From Bdellovibrionia bacterium (GTDB lineage: Bacteria; Bdellovibrionota; UBA1018), in contig JBMSSC010000001.1 in the NCBI GenBank assembly GCA_049424145.1, positions 32,267 through 96,266 of the forward strand: a stretch of DNA of 64,000 bases, read 5' to 3'. The position numbers were made by a program, and so were the translations under genes. How positions within the stretch are numbered: the first letter of the stretch is position 1; the number at the start of each line of letters is the position of its first letter. Shown here one piece after another: positions 7,236-17,605 of this stretch. The notes below the pieces were generated by a model. The model was not told where the DNA came from, made no database searches, and saw nothing but the letters and a program-made list of their open reading frames with translations.

Positions 7236-10219
7236 AGTTTAAAACCTCATTCCTGTGTTATCGCTGACTTTGCCATGCTGGGGCTTTTGAAAAGTCGCGG
7301 CATGAGACGTCCGCCCTGAAGTGCGGAAGTTTCCAATTTTTTCCTCACTATACAGGGCAAAACAAGAAACGACTATCTGAACTTGCAAGGATCACATCGT
7401 CAAGCAATTCAGCGAGGCATTTTCACTGCATTGGAAGGGCGTTGCTTTTTGGGGCTCAATTCGTGGGTCTTTAGGTCTGGGAGTCGTGCCATGAGGTGAC
7501 TGGGGAAGGTTTTGAGCCCATTTGACCTCAATCAGAGGGATTGAAGGCGTCCAGGAACGGAGTGAATCATCTTTGAAAATCGCGTGTTCAGATCCAGAGA
7601 TCCAGAGATCCTGTTCGTGTGCTCTGAGAGATTCCGGTTTAAGGTCTTGTTTTTAAAAGGATGGGGCATGACTAGTTGCTTCGATCCTTGATTGATTAGC
7701 TTATTTAATATATTATTAAAATGTAACTTAATGAGCAAAACTCGCTTGAGTTTGCGTGGGTTCGATTGGGCGGAATCGGCTTTGATTTCATGGGTTTTGG
7801 TTAGGGTAAGAATCCAAGGGTTGAAGGAGCGAATTTGAGAGAGTTTTTTGAAAAAAAGCGTCAAGACCAGCCCCAAAAGAGGGTTTTACCTTGGCTCGGG
7901 TTAGTCGTGATTGGGTTGATCTGTGGGTCAATTTCCTCTCAAGCATCTTTATTTAATGTGATGTCGTTTCTCAAAACACAATGGGTGAATACTCCGTATA
8001 AGAGGATCACGGGAGGGGCTGGTGATTCTGGAGCTAATTCCCACACCTGTGGTCTCACGTTTCAGGGGCAACTCAAGTGTTGGGGTTGGAACTCCAGTGG
8101 GCAGCTTGGACTAGGAACGGTAGGAGTCGGAGTGAGTTCCCCGACGGCTATTGGAACGCCTTCGTTCGTTTCAGTCGCAGGGGGGTATCGCCATACGTGT
8201 GGAATTACAGCTAATCGGACTCTTCGGTGCTGGGGGTCTGATTCTTACGGTCAGGTGGGAAATGGTTCGCTGACCACCGCGGATCAAGCGTCTCCCGTGG
8301 CGATTGATTCATTAACCCCTTATGGCACTGTTGCGGCGGGAGGGTATCACACCTGCGGAATTACTCAGGCTGGAGATCTTAAATGTTGGGGCTGGAACAG
8401 CTCGGGACAACTCGGAAATGGAAATCCTGCTTCCGATGAGGCTTCGCCTTTCGGAATTGATTCTGGGACTTCTTACATTGAGATTACTGCGGGTTATGCT
8501 CATACCTGTGGAATTACAGGGGCTGGAGTTTTAAAATGCTGGGGCCTGAATTCCAGTGGGCAAGTGGGAAACGGGGTAGTCGGAGGATCTTCCACATCTC
8601 CTGTGGAGATTGACTCAGGGACACCCTATATCGCCGTTTCAGCGGGAGATGCTCATACCTGTGGGATTACCGGCGCTGGAGTGTTAAAATGCTGGGGCTC
8701 GGATTCGAACGGCAAGTTAGGAAACGGAACCTTAACGTCGGCCGACCAGCCCTCACCTGTGGTGATTGATTCGGGGACAACCTATCTTGCAGTTTCTGCT
8801 GGTGTTGAGCATACGTGTGGAATTACGGGAAGTGGAGTGCTTAAATGCTGGGGAAGTGATGCGAACGGTCAGTTAGGCAATGGGTCCACCAGTGGGAATC
8901 AGTTCTCCCCAGTGGCGACTAATTCCGGGGCAAATTATGTCGGGATTTGGTCCGGACGAAATCATACGTGTGCGATCACCAGTCGGGGGGTGCTTGAGTG
9001 CTGGGGGAGTGATGCCTCAGGCCAATTAGGAAATGGTTCAACTTTGACTTCCGATGTCCTTTCCCCAGCATCCATTGATAAGGATAGGTTTCAAAAAGGC
9101 ATCTATCAAAAAACGGCCACCTCGGGGGCCTTTACTTCGTGCGGGGTGATGAATTCGGGTGTGCTCAGGTGCTGGGGGAGTGATGCATTTAGTCAGTTGG
9201 GCAACGGAGGGACAGGCAATCAGACGATTCCTCGAATCACAAACTCTGGAGAAATTTATCGACAAGTCTCTGTGGGAGGATATGAATCCAATAGCTCCCA
9301 TGCTTGTGGCATAACAGGATCCAATCAACTCAAGTGTTGGGGGAGTAATACATCTGGGCAGGTGGGGATTGGGAACACGGCGGGTCCAGTGACGACTCCT
9401 CAATTGGTCAACGATCCGGGCACCCGGTATCGAAAAGTGAGTTTGGGCTGTTCACACACTTGCGGAATCACGACTGCAGGTCAGCTCAAGTGCTGGGGAT
9501 ATAATGGCTTTAGGGAGTTGGGTGGTCGAACCGGAGATTTAACGTCCCCAGGGGTCGTGGATTCGGGGAGCACATATCGAGACGTAGGAATGGGGTGTGG
9601 TTTCGGCTGTGGCATTACCACTCGTGGAGAGTTGAAATGCTGGGGGCAAAATACCTCGGGTCAAGTGGGTAATGGAACGAGTGGTAGCTCTCAGTCTACC
9701 CCTGTGGTCATTGATTCCGGGATGACCTACCGAGCGATTTCAGGGGGGTATAATTTCGCCTGCGGGATTGCCGCGAGCGGAACTTTGAAATGTTGGGGAA
9801 GCGATAACGCTGGACAGGTTGGGAACGGGGCAACTACAGGAAACCAACTGACGCCTCAGCCTGTTAATGACCCAGGTACTGTTTACTCGGTGATTGCTTC
9901 AGGGTTCTACTATGCTTGCGGAATTACGGGTGTGGGAGCCTTAAAATGCTGGGGAAGTGATTCTGCAGGCCAATTAGGAAACGGCGCTGCAGTGAGTCAA
10001 GACTCTCCCATGTTAAGTGATTCGGGGACCTTATACACCGAGGTTGGATCTGCCCTGGGTTCAGCTAATTGGGGTCACAGCTGTGGAATCACGGTTGGGG
10101 GAATTCTCAGGTGCTGGGGACGCAATAACTCTGGGCAACTGGGCATCGGTAACACCGCGAATCAAACTTCCCCCGTTGATGTGGTTCGTTAAGTGAGGCT
10201 GGGTGGCGTGAGCGCGCTT
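6989..10219. repeat. Copy 1 of a 3231-bp direct tandem duplication
   Basis: All ORFs recur at +3231 with identical translations. Identity begins at 6989/10220 and ends at 10219/13450. Confidence 0.95.
7835..10192 (+). CDS. Exported RCC1/BLIP-II-like repeat protein (14 repeats), copy 1
   Basis: 14 repeats of HTCGIT-x2-G-x-LKCWG-x-N/D-x2-GQLG-N-G after an N-terminal hydrophobic segment. Confidence 0.92.
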   Translation: MREFFEKKRQDQPQKRVLPWLGLVVIGLICGSISSQASLFNVMSFLKTQWVNTPYKRITGGAGDSGANSHTCGLTFQGQLKCWGWNSSGQLGLGTVGVGVSSPTAIGTPSFVSVAGGYRHTCGITANRTLRCWGSDSYGQVGNGSLTTADQASPVAIDSLTPYGTVAAGGYHTCGITQAGDLKCWGWNSSGQLGNGNPASDEASPFGIDSGTSYIEITAGYAHTCGITGAGVLKCWGLNSSGQVGNGVVGGSSTSPVEIDSGTPYIAVSAGDAHTCGITGAGVLKCWGSDSNGKLGNGTLTSADQPSPVVIDSGTTYLAVSAGVEHTCGITGSGVLKCWGSDANGQLGNGSTSGNQFSPVATNSGANYVGIWSGRNHTCAITSRGVLECWGSDASGQLGNGSTLTSDVLSPASIDKDRFQKGIYQKTATSGAFTSCGVMNSGVLRCWGSDAFSQLGNGGTGNQTIPRITNSGEIYRQVSVGGYESNSSHACGITGSNQLKCWGSNTSGQVGIGNTAGPVTTPQLVNDPGTRYRKVSLGCSHTCGITTAGQLKCWGYNGFRELGGRTGDLTSPGVVDSGSTYRDVGMGCGFGCGITTRGELKCWGQNTSGQVGNGTSGSSQSTPVVIDSGMTYRAISGGYNFACGIAASGTLKCWGSDNAGQVGNGATTGNQLTPQPVNDPGTVYSVIASGFYYACGITGVGALKCWGSDSAGQLGNGAAVSQDSPMLSDSGTLYTEVGSALGSANWGHSCGITVGGILRCWGRNNSGQLGIGNTANQTSPVDVVR

Positions 10220-10466
10220 AATAAGCATTGGGCAAAGTCAGTTCAATGGCTTGAAGATCGACGCCCAGGAGTCGTCCTTTGGGTCCAATTCTCTCAGACG
10301 CATACTGAGACCAGGAGCCGGGTGCCGCACCTAAGTCCAGCATCTTTTGAGCGGGTTTGAAAACCTTAAAGCGCTCGTCGATCTCTTTGAGCTTAAAGAT
10401 GGAGCGGGCGACATAGTTTTCCTTCTTTGCTTGGAGAAAATAATAGTCTCTTGGATCGTACGCCAC
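10218..10466 (-). pseudogene. rlmE: Truncated 5' copy of rlmE (82 aa) created by the duplication
   Basis: Identical to RlmE aa 1-82; the TAA stop is formed across the duplication junction. Confidence 0.9.
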
Positions 10467-13450
10467 AGTTTAAAACCTCATTCCTGTGTTATCGCTGACT
10501 TTGCCATGCTGGGGCTTTTGAAAAGTCGCGGCATGAGACGTCCGCCCTGAAGTGCGGAAGTTTCCAATTTTTTCCTCACTATACAGGGCAAAACAAGAAA
10601 CGACTATCTGAACTTGCAAGGATCACATCGTCAAGCAATTCAGCGAGGCATTTTCACTGCATTGGAAGGGCGTTGCTTTTTGGGGCTCAATTCGTGGGTC
10701 TTTAGGTCTGGGAGTCGTGCCATGAGGTGACTGGGGAAGGTTTTGAGCCCATTTGACCTCAATCAGAGGGATTGAAGGCGTCCAGGAACGGAGTGAATCA
10801 TCTTTGAAAATCGCGTGTTCAGATCCAGAGATCCAGAGATCCTGTTCGTGTGCTCTGAGAGATTCCGGTTTAAGGTCTTGTTTTTAAAAGGATGGGGCAT
10901 GACTAGTTGCTTCGATCCTTGATTGATTAGCTTATTTAATATATTATTAAAATGTAACTTAATGAGCAAAACTCGCTTGAGTTTGCGTGGGTTCGATTGG
11001 GCGGAATCGGCTTTGATTTCATGGGTTTTGGTTAGGGTAAGAATCCAAGGGTTGAAGGAGCGAATTTGAGAGAGTTTTTTGAAAAAAAGCGTCAAGACCA
11101 GCCCCAAAAGAGGGTTTTACCTTGGCTCGGGTTAGTCGTGATTGGGTTGATCTGTGGGTCAATTTCCTCTCAAGCATCTTTATTTAATGTGATGTCGTTT
11201 CTCAAAACACAATGGGTGAATACTCCGTATAAGAGGATCACGGGAGGGGCTGGTGATTCTGGAGCTAATTCCCACACCTGTGGTCTCACGTTTCAGGGGC
11301 AACTCAAGTGTTGGGGTTGGAACTCCAGTGGGCAGCTTGGACTAGGAACGGTAGGAGTCGGAGTGAGTTCCCCGACGGCTATTGGAACGCCTTCGTTCGT
11401 TTCAGTCGCAGGGGGGTATCGCCATACGTGTGGAATTACAGCTAATCGGACTCTTCGGTGCTGGGGGTCTGATTCTTACGGTCAGGTGGGAAATGGTTCG
11501 CTGACCACCGCGGATCAAGCGTCTCCCGTGGCGATTGATTCATTAACCCCTTATGGCACTGTTGCGGCGGGAGGGTATCACACCTGCGGAATTACTCAGG
11601 CTGGAGATCTTAAATGTTGGGGCTGGAACAGCTCGGGACAACTCGGAAATGGAAATCCTGCTTCCGATGAGGCTTCGCCTTTCGGAATTGATTCTGGGAC
11701 TTCTTACATTGAGATTACTGCGGGTTATGCTCATACCTGTGGAATTACAGGGGCTGGAGTTTTAAAATGCTGGGGCCTGAATTCCAGTGGGCAAGTGGGA
11801 AACGGGGTAGTCGGAGGATCTTCCACATCTCCTGTGGAGATTGACTCAGGGACACCCTATATCGCCGTTTCAGCGGGAGATGCTCATACCTGTGGGATTA
11901 CCGGCGCTGGAGTGTTAAAATGCTGGGGCTCGGATTCGAACGGCAAGTTAGGAAACGGAACCTTAACGTCGGCCGACCAGCCCTCACCTGTGGTGATTGA
12001 TTCGGGGACAACCTATCTTGCAGTTTCTGCTGGTGTTGAGCATACGTGTGGAATTACGGGAAGTGGAGTGCTTAAATGCTGGGGAAGTGATGCGAACGGT
12101 CAGTTAGGCAATGGGTCCACCAGTGGGAATCAGTTCTCCCCAGTGGCGACTAATTCCGGGGCAAATTATGTCGGGATTTGGTCCGGACGAAATCATACGT
12201 GTGCGATCACCAGTCGGGGGGTGCTTGAGTGCTGGGGGAGTGATGCCTCAGGCCAATTAGGAAATGGTTCAACTTTGACTTCCGATGTCCTTTCCCCAGC
12301 ATCCATTGATAAGGATAGGTTTCAAAAAGGCATCTATCAAAAAACGGCCACCTCGGGGGCCTTTACTTCGTGCGGGGTGATGAATTCGGGTGTGCTCAGG
12401 TGCTGGGGGAGTGATGCATTTAGTCAGTTGGGCAACGGAGGGACAGGCAATCAGACGATTCCTCGAATCACAAACTCTGGAGAAATTTATCGACAAGTCT
12501 CTGTGGGAGGATATGAATCCAATAGCTCCCATGCTTGTGGCATAACAGGATCCAATCAACTCAAGTGTTGGGGGAGTAATACATCTGGGCAGGTGGGGAT
12601 TGGGAACACGGCGGGTCCAGTGACGACTCCTCAATTGGTCAACGATCCGGGCACCCGGTATCGAAAAGTGAGTTTGGGCTGTTCACACACTTGCGGAATC
12701 ACGACTGCAGGTCAGCTCAAGTGCTGGGGATATAATGGCTTTAGGGAGTTGGGTGGTCGAACCGGAGATTTAACGTCCCCAGGGGTCGTGGATTCGGGGA
12801 GCACATATCGAGACGTAGGAATGGGGTGTGGTTTCGGCTGTGGCATTACCACTCGTGGAGAGTTGAAATGCTGGGGGCAAAATACCTCGGGTCAAGTGGG
12901 TAATGGAACGAGTGGTAGCTCTCAGTCTACCCCTGTGGTCATTGATTCCGGGATGACCTACCGAGCGATTTCAGGGGGGTATAATTTCGCCTGCGGGATT
13001 GCCGCGAGCGGAACTTTGAAATGTTGGGGAAGCGATAACGCTGGACAGGTTGGGAACGGGGCAACTACAGGAAACCAACTGACGCCTCAGCCTGTTAATG
13101 ACCCAGGTACTGTTTACTCGGTGATTGCTTCAGGGTTCTACTATGCTTGCGGAATTACGGGTGTGGGAGCCTTAAAATGCTGGGGAAGTGATTCTGCAGG
13201 CCAATTAGGAAACGGCGCTGCAGTGAGTCAAGACTCTCCCATGTTAAGTGATTCGGGGACCTTATACACCGAGGTTGGATCTGCCCTGGGTTCAGCTAAT
13301 TGGGGTCACAGCTGTGGAATCACGGTTGGGGGAATTCTCAGGTGCTGGGGACGCAATAACTCTGGGCAACTGGGCATCGGTAACACCGCGAATCAAACTT
13401 CCCCCGTTGATGTGGTTCGTTAAGTGAGGCTGGGTGGCGTGAGCGCGCTT
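10220..13450. repeat. Copy 2 of the 3231-bp tandem duplication
   Basis: Matches 6989-10219 in all translations and in nucleotide spot checks. Confidence 0.95.
11066..13423 (+). CDS. Exported RCC1/BLIP-II-like repeat protein, copy 2
   Basis: 785-aa translation identical to 7835..10192. Confidence 0.92.
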   Translation: MREFFEKKRQDQPQKRVLPWLGLVVIGLICGSISSQASLFNVMSFLKTQWVNTPYKRITGGAGDSGANSHTCGLTFQGQLKCWGWNSSGQLGLGTVGVGVSSPTAIGTPSFVSVAGGYRHTCGITANRTLRCWGSDSYGQVGNGSLTTADQASPVAIDSLTPYGTVAAGGYHTCGITQAGDLKCWGWNSSGQLGNGNPASDEASPFGIDSGTSYIEITAGYAHTCGITGAGVLKCWGLNSSGQVGNGVVGGSSTSPVEIDSGTPYIAVSAGDAHTCGITGAGVLKCWGSDSNGKLGNGTLTSADQPSPVVIDSGTTYLAVSAGVEHTCGITGSGVLKCWGSDANGQLGNGSTSGNQFSPVATNSGANYVGIWSGRNHTCAITSRGVLECWGSDASGQLGNGSTLTSDVLSPASIDKDRFQKGIYQKTATSGAFTSCGVMNSGVLRCWGSDAFSQLGNGGTGNQTIPRITNSGEIYRQVSVGGYESNSSHACGITGSNQLKCWGSNTSGQVGIGNTAGPVTTPQLVNDPGTRYRKVSLGCSHTCGITTAGQLKCWGYNGFRELGGRTGDLTSPGVVDSGSTYRDVGMGCGFGCGITTRGELKCWGQNTSGQVGNGTSGSSQSTPVVIDSGMTYRAISGGYNFACGIAASGTLKCWGSDNAGQVGNGATTGNQLTPQPVNDPGTVYSVIASGFYYACGITGVGALKCWGSDSAGQLGNGAAVSQDSPMLSDSGTLYTEVGSALGSANWGHSCGITVGGILRCWGRNNSGQLGIGNTANQTSPVDVVR

Positions 13451-13550
13451 TAAAATCGTCTTATTTCAGGTGTGTTCCGAGAATGGGGTGATGCTGTGTC
13501 GTTGTCGTCTCTGGGTTGATTTGCCGCTTAGGCACCTGAGGCAAGGCTCC

Positions 13551-14297
13551 CTAAACAATTCGGGCAAAAAACTTTCGAGTCTCCTCAGCCACATAGGCTT
13601 CAATGAGTTTGGCGTGAGCTGGGTTGATCCCCCGAAAAACGATTCCGACTTTGATCTTCTCTTCGGTGTCTGAGGGGTGGGATTTGGGTAGTCGCCTTAA
13701 ATGCAGCACTTCACCGCAAAGGGTCAGGGTCTCGGATCGGAGGGAAATACTCATGCCCTCGATTCGTTGGCCCACGTAAAAGGGCATGCGCTCCTGGTCT
13801 TCTGTTAAAAAGGAAAGGCCTCCTGAGCTGATGTCGTAGATCTTCTTTCGGATGACGGTGGCGGAAGCTCGGGGGTCTACAAACTCAACTCGCAGGACGT
13901 AGCCTTGAAGGATGCGAAACCGCTGGTTTTTTCGTCGCTGAGCCCGAAACAGGCGCTTGGGAAGGGAGAACTCCAAGTGGGTGAATGAAGTGGAGATGAG
14001 CTGGGCTGGAAAAAAAAGAGTGGCTCGCTCCAAGGAGACGTTAAACAAACAGCGATCCCCTGCGGCTTGGAGCTTGGGATAGAACTCATCTCGATTGCAA
14101 TCCAAAGGAGGGGTGGTGAAGATGAGTTTCTTCAATTGGCTCAGTCCCATGAAAGAGCAGCGTTTGGGCTCGGGGTGCTCTTGAGTCCAAATGAGGGTGG
14201 CAGCGCTAATTTTTACCGCTTCATCAAAGTACTTGATGATTTCAAGCGGGTCGGTGACTTCGGTGAGTTCATTGGAGTGGCTTTGAGCCTCAGACAA
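13551..14297 (-). CDS. PilZ-domain (YcgR-like) c-di-GMP receptor
   Basis: QRRKNQR (RxxxR) and DISSGG (DxSxxG) motifs, preceded by an N-terminal domain. Confidence 0.85.
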   Translation of the reverse strand: MSEAQSHSNELTEVTDPLEIIKYFDEAVKISAATLIWTQEHPEPKRCSFMGLSQLKKLIFTTPPLDCNRDEFYPKLQAAGDRCLFNVSLERATLFFPAQLISTSFTHLEFSLPKRLFRAQRRKNQRFRILQGYVLRVEFVDPRASATVIRKKIYDISSGGLSFLTEDQERMPFYVGQRIEGMSISLRSETLTLCGEVLHLRRLPKSHPSDTEEKIKVGIVFRGINPAHAKLIEAYVAEETRKFFARIV

Positions 14298-15321
14298 TGG
14301 TCACCTTTCTGAGCAGGTCCATGTCTTGAAGGGCTTTTACTGAACCACGCACCACACAGGTTAATGGATCTTCAGCTAAGGCAACCGGGAGTCCTGTTTT
14401 TTCCTTAATCAAGATGTCGAGGTTGGCTAGGAGTGCTCCTCCCCCGGCTAAGATAATCCCATTATCGACAATATCGGCCGCCAGTTCTGGAGGAGTTCTC
14501 TCTAAGGCCGTTTTAATCGTGTCCACCACGGCCGACACAGGCTCAGCAAGAGCATCTCGGATTTCCTCCGAGTTGACTTCAATGGTTTTAGGTGCCCCAC
14601 TGATTAGGTCTCGTCCTTTGACTTCGTAGGTTTTCTCCTCTTCAAACGGATAGGCGCAGCCAATGGAGAGCTTAATCTGCTCAGCCGTTCGCTCTCCGAT
14701 CAGAAGTGAGTATTTTCTCTTAATGTAGTTCACGATGGCGTCATCAAACTTATCGCCTGCGACTCGAACGGATTTTGAGTAAACGATCCCGCCTAGGGAA
14801 ATCACGGCCACTTCCGTGGTTCCGCCGCCGATATCCACAATCATGTTTCCGCTCGGTTCTCGAATGGGAAGTCCTGCTCCCAGCGCTGCAGCCATGGGTT
14901 CCTCAATGAGGTAGACTTCGCGGGCCCCTGCGGATTGAGCGGATTCTTTCACCGCTCGTTTTTCCACCTGAGTGATTCCAAAGGGAATGCAGATGATGAT
15001 CCTGGGACGAATAAAGGTTCTTCGTTCACTGGATTTATGGATGAAGTACTTGAGCATCGATTGGGTGACTTCAAAGTCGGCGATCACTCCATCTTTCAGA
15101 GGGCGAACGGCTTGGATGGACCCTGGGGTTCGCCCGAGCATGTCTTTGGCCTCTTTGCCAACGGCAAGTACGCGGGTTTGGCCCCGGGAGTTTCGGTGGA
15201 TGGCAACCACGGAGGGCTCGTTGATGATGATGCCACGATCCCTTGCGTAAACCAGCGTATTTGCGGTTCCTAAGTCAATTGCCAAGTCGTTTGCAAAAAA
15301 ATCTAACATTTTCTTTAGCAT
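14290..15321 (-). CDS. mreB: Rod shape-determining protein MreB
   Basis: [42 protein letters not shown] motifs; probable start ATG 15321. Confidence 0.97.
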   Translation of the reverse strand: MLKKMLDFFANDLAIDLGTANTLVYARDRGIIINEPSVVAIHRNSRGQTRVLAVGKEAKDMLGRTPGSIQAVRPLKDGVIADFEVTQSMLKYFIHKSSERRTFIRPRIIICIPFGITQVEKRAVKESAQSAGAREVYLIEEPMAAALGAGLPIREPSGNMIVDIGGGTTEVAVISLGGIVYSKSVRVAGDKFDDAIVNYIKRKYSLLIGERTAEQIKLSIGCAYPFEEEKTYEVKGRDLISGAPKTIEVNSEEIRDALAEPVSAVVDTIKTALERTPPELAADIVDNGIILAGGGALLANLDILIKEKTGLPVALAEDPLTCVVRGSVKALQDMDLLRKVTIV

Positions 15322-15338
15322 GAATGATTCACCACTTA

Positions 15339-16199
15339 TCACCACTTATAATGACGAATGTGCTCGCCTCGCTCACTGATCTCACTCATCGCCTTCATTC
15401 CGACTTCTAAGTGCAGATCGGTGAACTTTTGGAACACCGCTTTTGCCGACTTCTGAGTTTTAATTCCGCCTCGTCTTAAGGGAAGGTCCGAAACGAGAAG
15501 TAAGGCTCCAATGGGAACTTTACTGGCGAACCCGGCAACAAAGAGCGTGGCTGATTCCATCTCAATGGCCAAAGCGCGTTCTTCATACAACTGAGCCTTA
15601 AATCGTTGATCGAATTCCCAAAAACGATAATCAGTAGTATGAATGACACCGGTGCGATAATCCAAGTCTTTTTCGACTAAAATCTGAGAAACGAATTTTT
15701 GAATTTTAAACGTGGGTAAGGCAGGAACCTGAGGTGGCATGAAGTGCCGGGAAGCCCCTTCATCGCGGATGGCTGCCGTGGGGATGATGAAGTCCCCGAC
15801 TTTCAATGAGCGATGCAGGCCTCCACACATTCCTAAGAGCAGGACTGCTGTGGGGTCTAAGGTGGCCAAAAGCTCGATGATCAAGGCTGCTGTGGGAGAG
15901 CCCATGGAAAAGTTGACGATCGACACTCCTGCTTTCTTGCTATGCACCGCACCCATGATGGACCCCTGGGTTCGGGACTCTCCTGAAAGTTGAGTGAATC
16001 GATTCAGATAGTAGTCAAAATTAGTGAGAATGATCTGCTTTTGAAAGCTTTCCGGTGGACTACCCGTATAACGCGCCAGCATATCCCGAGCAATTTTATG
16101 CTTGTGGGCATTGGTGTAGATTCGATTATTATTTTGAATAATGAATGGATTAATAGAAAAATCTTCTGACTTCTTTATTTTACTTTTTTTCTGTTGCAC
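15339..16199 (-). CDS. amn: AMP nucleosidase (short PNP/UDP-family type)
   Basis: [37 protein letters not shown] and LLVSDLP motifs. Confidence 0.85.
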   Translation of the reverse strand: MQQKKSKIKKSEDFSINPFIIQNNNRIYTNAHKHKIARDMLARYTGSPPESFQKQIILTNFDYYLNRFTQLSGESRTQGSIMGAVHSKKAGVSIVNFSMGSPTAALIIELLATLDPTAVLLLGMCGGLHRSLKVGDFIIPTAAIRDEGASRHFMPPQVPALPTFKIQKFVSQILVEKDLDYRTGVIHTTDYRFWEFDQRFKAQLYEERALAIEMESATLFVAGFASKVPIGALLLVSDLPLRRGGIKTQKSAKAVFQKFTDLHLEVGMKAMSEISERGEHIRHYKW

Positions 16200-16205
16200 A
16201 GCTTC

Positions 16206-16243
16206 AGCTTACATTTGGCGTTTCCGCTAGACAAGGGTATACT
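16206..16243. promoter_or_regulatory. Overlapping divergent sigma70-type promoters for amn and the PBP/dcw region
   Basis: Plus strand: TTGGCG(16215)-17-TATACT(16238). Minus strand: TTGTCT(16234)-17-TAAGCT(16211). Confidence 0.6.
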
Positions 16244-16254
16244 GGAGAGAAAAC

Positions 16255-17601
16255 ATGCGGAGAGTCGTGAAAACATCAGTAGTTGATAAAAAAGGTTTTT
16301 TTAGGAGCTTTTTGAGGCTCAGGAAGAGCCGGAGTGGGGCCTTGGCTCTTTTCTTCGTTTTTTTCTGCTTTTTCTCATCCGACATCCCTCCTTATGCCTT
16401 AGCTTCCATTGAGGCCCAGCGCTCTTGGAGCGCAACTTCAGGGGCAAAGTCCGCGCTTACGAAAGAAAAAGTGGCTCAGGTTTTAGAAAGCTCCGCTCTC
16501 ATGGCGGAGTTTCCCCAAGAAATGGACCTGGAGGTTCAGCGCTTGGGGAAAGTCAAAGGGCGATTCCAGTATACGTTTGATCCTAAGCTTCAGCAGGCCA
16601 TGGAGGGGCTCTTTGACGCCTATGGTCCCGATTATGGGGCCTTCGTCGCCATGGATCCTAAAACAGGCCGGATCTTATCTTTGGTGAGTTATTCGCGGTC
16701 GGGAAAAATTCGAGAGAACCTAGCTCTAAGAGCAAGCTTTCCTTCGGCCTCCGTATTTAAAGTCGTCACCGCAGCCGCGGCCATTGAAAAACATCAGATT
16801 TCCTCAGAAACGGTGATTCCTACGCAGGGCCGAAATCACACGCTCTACCGAGGACAGATTTTAAAATCCCAAATCAATCGATGGACTCGCTTCATTACCT
16901 TAAAAGAAGCCTTTGCTCACTCCGTTAACTCCGTATTTGGAAAGATCGGGGCCTTCACTGTGGGCTCCACCGTGCTCAGACAGTACGCCGAACGCTTTGG
17001 TTTTAATCACAAAATCCCAGCGGATCTGCCCATTCAGGAAGGTCGAGCCTTCATTCCTGAAGACCTCTGGGGATTGGCCGAGAGTGCCTCAGGCTTCACA
17101 CGGGAGAACACCATGAGCCCTCTTCAAGGAGCGCTCATTGCCTCGGCCGTGGCCAATGATGGGGTCATGATGGAGCCCTACGTGGTGGAGTCCATTGTGA
17201 AGCTTGCAGGCCATGAGAACGAGACTCAAGGACCGCCACTTTATCTGGCTGAGCCTAAGGTGTCCACCGTGGCGATGGATCCTGAGACGGCAAGCGAGAT
17301 TCGGGATCTGATGAAAGAAACCGTTCTTCACGGAACATCACGCGGTTCGTTTCGAGGATTTTTCAAGAAAGACTTCTCCTTTTTGGATGTGGGAGGTAAA
17401 ACCGGCTCTCTTACGGGCTTAAGTCCAAAGGGTAAGTACGATTGGTTTGTGGGCTATGCTCAATCCGGATCTCATCGGATTGCCGTCTCGGCGTTAACGA
17501 TTTCAGAAAAACAATGGCGCGTGAAGTCCTCGTACTTAGCGCGTAGGGCTATTGAGAATTATTTCCGGACCTCCGTTCATCATTCCTTGGCAGAAAGATA
17601 G
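16255..17601 (+). CDS. Penicillin-binding protein, transpeptidase domain only
   Basis: SxxK (SVFK), SxN (SVN) and KTG motifs; N-terminal TM; no dimerisation or glycosyltransferase domain evident. Confidence 0.88.
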   Translation: MRRVVKTSVVDKKGFFRSFLRLRKSRSGALALFFVFFCFFSSDIPPYALASIEAQRSWSATSGAKSALTKEKVAQVLESSALMAEFPQEMDLEVQRLGKVKGRFQYTFDPKLQQAMEGLFDAYGPDYGAFVAMDPKTGRILSLVSYSRSGKIRENLALRASFPSASVFKVVTAAAAIEKHQISSETVIPTQGRNHTLYRGQILKSQINRWTRFITLKEAFAHSVNSVFGKIGAFTVGSTVLRQYAERFGFNHKIPADLPIQEGRAFIPEDLWGLAESASGFTRENTMSPLQGALIASAVANDGVMMEPYVVESIVKLAGHENETQGPPLYLAEPKVSTVAMDPETASEIRDLMKETVLHGTSRGSFRGFFKKDFSFLDVGGKTGSLTGLSPKGKYDWFVGYAQSGSHRIAVSALTISEKQWRVKSSYLARRAIENYFRTSVHHSLAER

Positions 17602-17605
17602 TTTT

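Noticed and set aside
7532..7876. 114-aa minus-strand ORF (and its copy at 10763..11107)
   Set aside because: No recognisable motif; it overlaps the RCC1 start and covers an AT-rich promoter-like region, so it is probably spurious.
7835..13423. CRISPR array or diversity-generating retroelement in the repetitive RCC1 region
   Set aside because: The repeats are degenerate in-frame protein repeats, the two gene copies show no adenine-specific differences, and there is no RT or cas gene.
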